Shown: in pieces, positions 59,901 to 64,000 of the stretch | How the letters are laid out: each line of letters starts with the position of its first letter | Numbering within the stretch: the first letter of the stretch is position 1 | Assembly (NCBI RefSeq): GCF_009914755.1 | Contig: NC_060939.1 | Length of the DNA: 64,000 nucleotides | Strand: one strand, 5' to 3' | Source of the DNA: the human T2T-CHM13v2.0 reference genome, Homo sapiens | The notes under the pieces: model-generated | What the model saw: only the letters and a program-made list of their open reading frames with translations | The model's database searches: none | What the model was told of the DNA's origin: nothing | Made by a program: the position numbers and the translations under genes

Positions 59901-62900
59901 ATGCCATTCCATTCAATTCTGTTCTACTCGACTCCAATACATTCAATTCCATTCCATCCGATTCCATTACATTCTTTTCATTTCTTATCCATTTCAAGCC
60001 ATTCCACTCCATTCCATTCCACTCGTTTCCGTTCCATTCGAGTCCATTCCTCTCCAGTCCATTCCGTTCAATCCATTCCATTCCAGTCCATTCCATTTGA
60101 GTCCGTTCCATTCCAGTCCATTCCATTCGAGTCAATTCCATTCCATTCGATGTCTTTCCATAACGATCCATTCCATTCTATTCCTTTCGATTCCATTCCA
60201 TTCTATTTCATTCCATTCGATTCCCTTCCATTGGACTCCTTTCCATTCGAGTGCATTCCATTCCGTTCCATTTCTTTCCGTTCTGTACGATTCCTACCGT
60301 TCGATTTCATTTTGTTCCAGTCCATTCCTTTCGCGTCCATTCCATTCCATTTCACTCCATTCGATTCCATTCCACTCGATTCCACTTCGTTCCATTTCAT
60401 TGCATTCCATTCTATTCAACTCTATTGCCTTCCATTCCATTCCATTCGATTACATTCCATGCGATTCCATTCGAAATCGAATCAATTACATTGCAAACCA
60501 TTACTATTGAGTCCGTTTTATTCCAGTCCACTGCATTCTGGTCCATTCCATTTGATTCCATTCCATTCTTTTCCATTCCATACAGTTGCATTCCATTGGA
60601 TTCCATGCTATATCTATAAATTCAATTCGAGACCATTGCTTTTGAGTCCATTCTATATGATTCCATTCCATTCAAGTCCATTACATTTGGTTCAATTCCA
60701 TTCCATTCCATTCCCTTTCATTCCATTCCATTTGATATCAATCCATTCGATTCCATTCCATTCGAGCACATTCCATTCGAGTCCATTCCATTCGATGCCA
60801 TTCCATTTGATTCTATTCCATTAGTCTCCATTCAATTCCATTAATCTCCATTCCATTCCATTCTACTCCAACTGATTCCATTCCATTCTATTCCTTTCCA
60901 TTCCATTTCATTCCATTCCATTCCATTCCATTCCATTCCATTCCATTCGTGTCCATTCCACTCCAGTCCATTCCATTCGTGTCCATTCCATTCCAGTCCA
61001 TTCCATTTGTGTCCACTGCATTCCATTCCACTCCATTCCATATTATTCCATTACACTCCATTCCATTCTATTACTTTCATTTCCATTCAATTCCATTCCA
61101 TTTGATTCCATTCCACTCGGTTTCATTCCATTTGAGTCCACTCCATTCCATTCCATTCCATTCCATTCAGTTCCATTCCATTCCGTTCCATTACATTCCA
61201 TTCCATTCGGTACCATTCCATATTGTTCCATTCGATTCCATTCGAATCCATTCCATTCCAGTCCATTCCATTCGATTCCATTCCATTCATTTCAATTCCA
61301 TTCCATTCCATTCCATTACATTCCACTTGATTCCTCTCCATTCCCTTCCACTGCATTCCGTTCGATTCCATTCCATTGCATTGCATTCCATTCCATTGGA
61401 TTGCATTCCATTCGATTCCATTCCATTCGAATCAATTACATAGCAATCCATTACATTCGAGTCTATTCTATTCCGTTCCATTCGATTTCGTTCCAATCCA
61501 TTCGATTCCATTCCATTCGATTCCATTCCATACTATTGCATTCCATTCGATTACATTATATTCGAATAAGTTCCATTCAAGACCATTTCTTTTGAGTCCA
61601 TTCTATTTGAGTCCATTCCCTTTGATTCCATAACATTTGAGTCCATTCAATTCCATTCCTTTCGTTTCCATTCCATTTGATGCCATTCCATTCAATTCTG
61701 TTCTACTCGACTCCAATACATTCAATTCCATTCCATCCGATTCCATTACATTCTTTTCATTTCTTATCCATTTCAAGCCATTCCACTCCATTCCATTCCA
61801 CTCGTTTCCTTTCCATTCGAGTCCATTCCTCTCCAGTCCATTCCATTCAATCCATTCCATTCCAGTCCATTCCATTCGAGTCCGTTCCATTCCAGTCCAT
61901 TCCATTCGAGTCAATTCCATTCCATTCGATGTCTTTCCATAACGATCCATTCCATTCTATTCCTTTCGATTCCATTCCATTCTATTTCATTCCATTCGAT
62001 TCCCTTCCATTGGACTCCTTTCCATTCGAGTGCATTCCATTCCGTTCCATTTCTTTCCGTTCTGTACGATTCCTACAGTTCGATTTCATTTTCTCCCAGT
62101 CCATTCTTTCGCGTCCATTCCATTCCATTTCACTCCATTCGATTCCATTCCACTCGATTCCACTTCGTTCCATTTCATTGCATTCCATTCTATTCAACTC
62201 TATTGCCTTCCATTCCATTCCATTCGATTACATTCCATGCGATTCCATTCGAAATCGAATCAATTACATTGCAATCCATTACTATTGAGTCCGTTTTATT
62301 CCAGTCCACTGCATTCTGGTCCATTCCATTTGATTCCATTCCATTCTATTCCATTCCATACAGTTGCATTCCATTGGATTCCATGCTATATCTATAAATT
62401 CAATTCGAGACCATTGCTTTTGAGTCCATTCTATATGATTCCATTCCATTCAAGTCCATTACATTTGGTTAAATTCCATTCCATTCGGTTCAATTCCATT
62501 CCATTCCATTCCCTTCCATTCCATTCCAGTTGATATCAATCCATTCGATTCCATTCCATTCGAGCACATTCCATTCGAGTCCATTCCATTCGATGCCATT
62601 CCATTTGATTCTATTCCATTAGTCTCCATTCAATTCCATTAATCTCCATTCCATTCCATTCTACTCCAACTGATTCCATTCCATTCTATTCCTTTCCATT
62701 CCATTTCATTCCATTCCATTCCATTCCATTCCATTCCATTCCATTCGTGTCCATTCCACTCCAGTCCATTCCATTCGTATCCATTCCATTCCAGTCCATT
62801 CCATTTGTGTCCACTGCATTCCATTCCACTCCATTCCATATTATTCCATTACACTCCATTCCATTCTATTACTTTCATTTCCATTCAATTCCATTCCATT

Positions 62901-63400
62901 TGATTCCATTCCACTCGGTTTCATTCCATTTGAGTCCACTCCATTCCATTCCATTCCATTCAGTTCCATTCCATTCTGTTCCATTCCATTCCGTTCCATT
63001 ACATTCCATTCCATTCGGTACCATTCCATATTGTTCCATTCGATTCCATTCGAATCCATTCCATTCCAGTCCATTCCATTCGATTCCATTCCATTCATTT
63101 CAATTCCATTCCATTCCATTACATTACATTCCACTTGATTCCTCTCCATTCCCTTCCACTGCATTCCGTTCGATTCCATTCCATTGCATTGCATTCCATT
63201 CCATTGGATTGCATTCCATTCGATTCCATTCCATTCGAATCAATTACATAGCAATCCATTACATTCGAGTCTATTCTCTTCCGTTCCATTCGATTTCGTT
63301 CCAATCCATTCGATTCCATTCCATTCGATTCCATTCCATACTATTGCATTCCATTCGATTACATTATATTCGAATAAGTTCCATTCAAGACCATTTCTTT
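54000..63400 (+). repeat. Multi-unit block, copy 2 of a ~52.2-kb-offset recurrence
   Basis: Carries CCATACCATTCGATTACATTCAATG (~55005), CTGCTTTCTG (~55100), TGTTTTACTC (58111), CGTTTCCGTT (~60024) and CTACAGTT...TTCTCCCAG (~62074), matching the first 11 kb. Boundaries are approximate. Confidence 0.8.
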
Positions 63401-64000
63401 TGAGTCCATTCTATTTGAGTCCATTCCCTTTGATTCCATAACATTTGAGTCCATTCAATTCCATTCCTTTCGTTTCCATTCCATTTGATGCCATTCCATT
63501 CAATTCTGTTCTACTCGACTCCAATACATTCAATTCCATTCCATCAGATTCCATTACATTCTTTTCATTTCTTATCCATTTCAAGCCATTCCACTCCATT
63601 CCATTCCACTCGTTTCCTTTCCATTCGAGTCCATTCCTCTCCAGTCCATTCCGTTCAATCCATTCCATTCCAGTCCATTCCATTCGAGTCCGTTCCATTC
63701 CAGTCCATTCCATTCGAGTCAATTCCATTCCATTCGATGTCTTTCCATAACGATCCATTCCATTCTATTCCTTTCGATTCCATTCCATTCTATTTCATTC
63801 CATTCGATTCCCTTCCATTGGACTCCTTTCCATTCGAGTGCATTCCATTCCGTTCCATTTCTTTCCGTTCTGTACGATTCCTACCGTTCGATTTCATTTT
63901 GTTCCAGTCCATTCTTTCGCGTCCATTCCATTCCATTTCACTCCATTCGATTCCATTCCACTCGATTCCACTTCGTTCCATTTCATTGCATTCCATTCTA
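63017..64000 (+). repeat. Partial 36th 1.8-kb unit truncated by the window edge
   Basis: Starts at GGTACC 63017 and is colinear with positions 12-~995 of the first unit. Confidence 0.93.

Larger units (their letters stand above)
12..63016 (+). repeat. D15Z1: 35 complete ~1.8-kb KpnI repeat units, D15Z1-like
   Basis: One GGTACC per unit at 12, 1791, 3599, 5403, 7207, 8986, 10799, 12607, 14420, 16228, 18022, 19811, 21619, 23447, 25221, 27029, 28812, 30622, 32416, 34225, 36014, 37837, 39616, 41390, 43198, 44981, 46791, 48604, 50413, 52217, 54000, 55813, 57621, 59430, 61209, 63017. Positions come from a fixed 428-bp offset to the recurring MSPFN ORF start and were spot-checked. There is also one GATATC per unit. 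The period is certain. The D15Z1 name rests on the known 1.8-kb KpnI periodicity of chr15p Satellite III and was not verified. Confidence 0.7.
1..64000 (+). repeat. Human Satellite III-type (HSat3) array of degenerate (CATTC)n pentamers, CATTC strand on +, single orientation
   Basis: Continuous CCATT pentamers with variants typical of HSat3 (CGATT, CAATT, CTATT, CGAGT, CCAGT, ACATT). The CATCAT/GATGAT motifs typical of HSat2 were not seen. No non-satellite interruption was seen. Confidence 0.97.

Noticed and set aside
90-63996. Hundreds of recurring ORFs up to 308 aa (FHSIP-rich on +, MEWNG-rich on -)
   Set aside because: These are direct translations of (CATTC)n/(GGAAT)n, which lacks stop codons in all frames. 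The ORFs overlap in several frames, are freely frameshifted between units and show no recognisable domain.
1-64000. CRISPR-like or other repeat-spacer system
   Set aside because: There are no unique spacers and no cas-like genes. Sequence between landmarks is itself near-identical from unit to unit.
1-64000. HSat2 or Y-chromosome DYZ1 assignment
   Set aside because: The HSat2 CATCAT/GATGAT motifs were not seen. The period is ~1.8 kb with no consistent A/B alternation, unlike the ~3.6-kb DYZ1 unit.
1-64000. Transposon insertions, inversions or strand switches
   Set aside because: KpnI-landmark spacing stays within 1774-1828 bp throughout and no GGAAT-oriented tract appears on +, leaving no room for inserted or inverted sequence.

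Overview
The whole 64-kb window is one uninterrupted (CATTC)n/(GGAAT)n classical satellite array in a single orientation, of the human Satellite III (HSat3) type. The degenerate pentamers form a ~1.8-kb unit marked by one KpnI site (GGTACC). There are 36 such sites from position 12 to 63017, giving 35 complete units of 1774-1828 bp (mean ~1800) plus a partial one. A 1.8-kb KpnI HSat3 unit matches the description of D15Z1 (chr15 short arm/acrocentric heterochromatin); that assignment is recalled knowledge, not an alignment. I found no credible protein-coding gene, RNA gene, transposon insertion, inversion or CRISPR array, and all listed ORFs are translation artefacts of the pentamer. I do not see a new gene system. 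What can be read is the array's nested duplication history, traced through rare shared variants: an internal ~829-bp homology within each unit, single-unit tandem duplications, a 4-unit (7.2-kb) recurrence, an imperfect 9-unit (~16.2-kb) tandem duplication and a 29-unit (~52.2-kb) recurrence. There are also linked structural alleles and signs of gene conversion or unequal exchange. All variant calls were made by eye.
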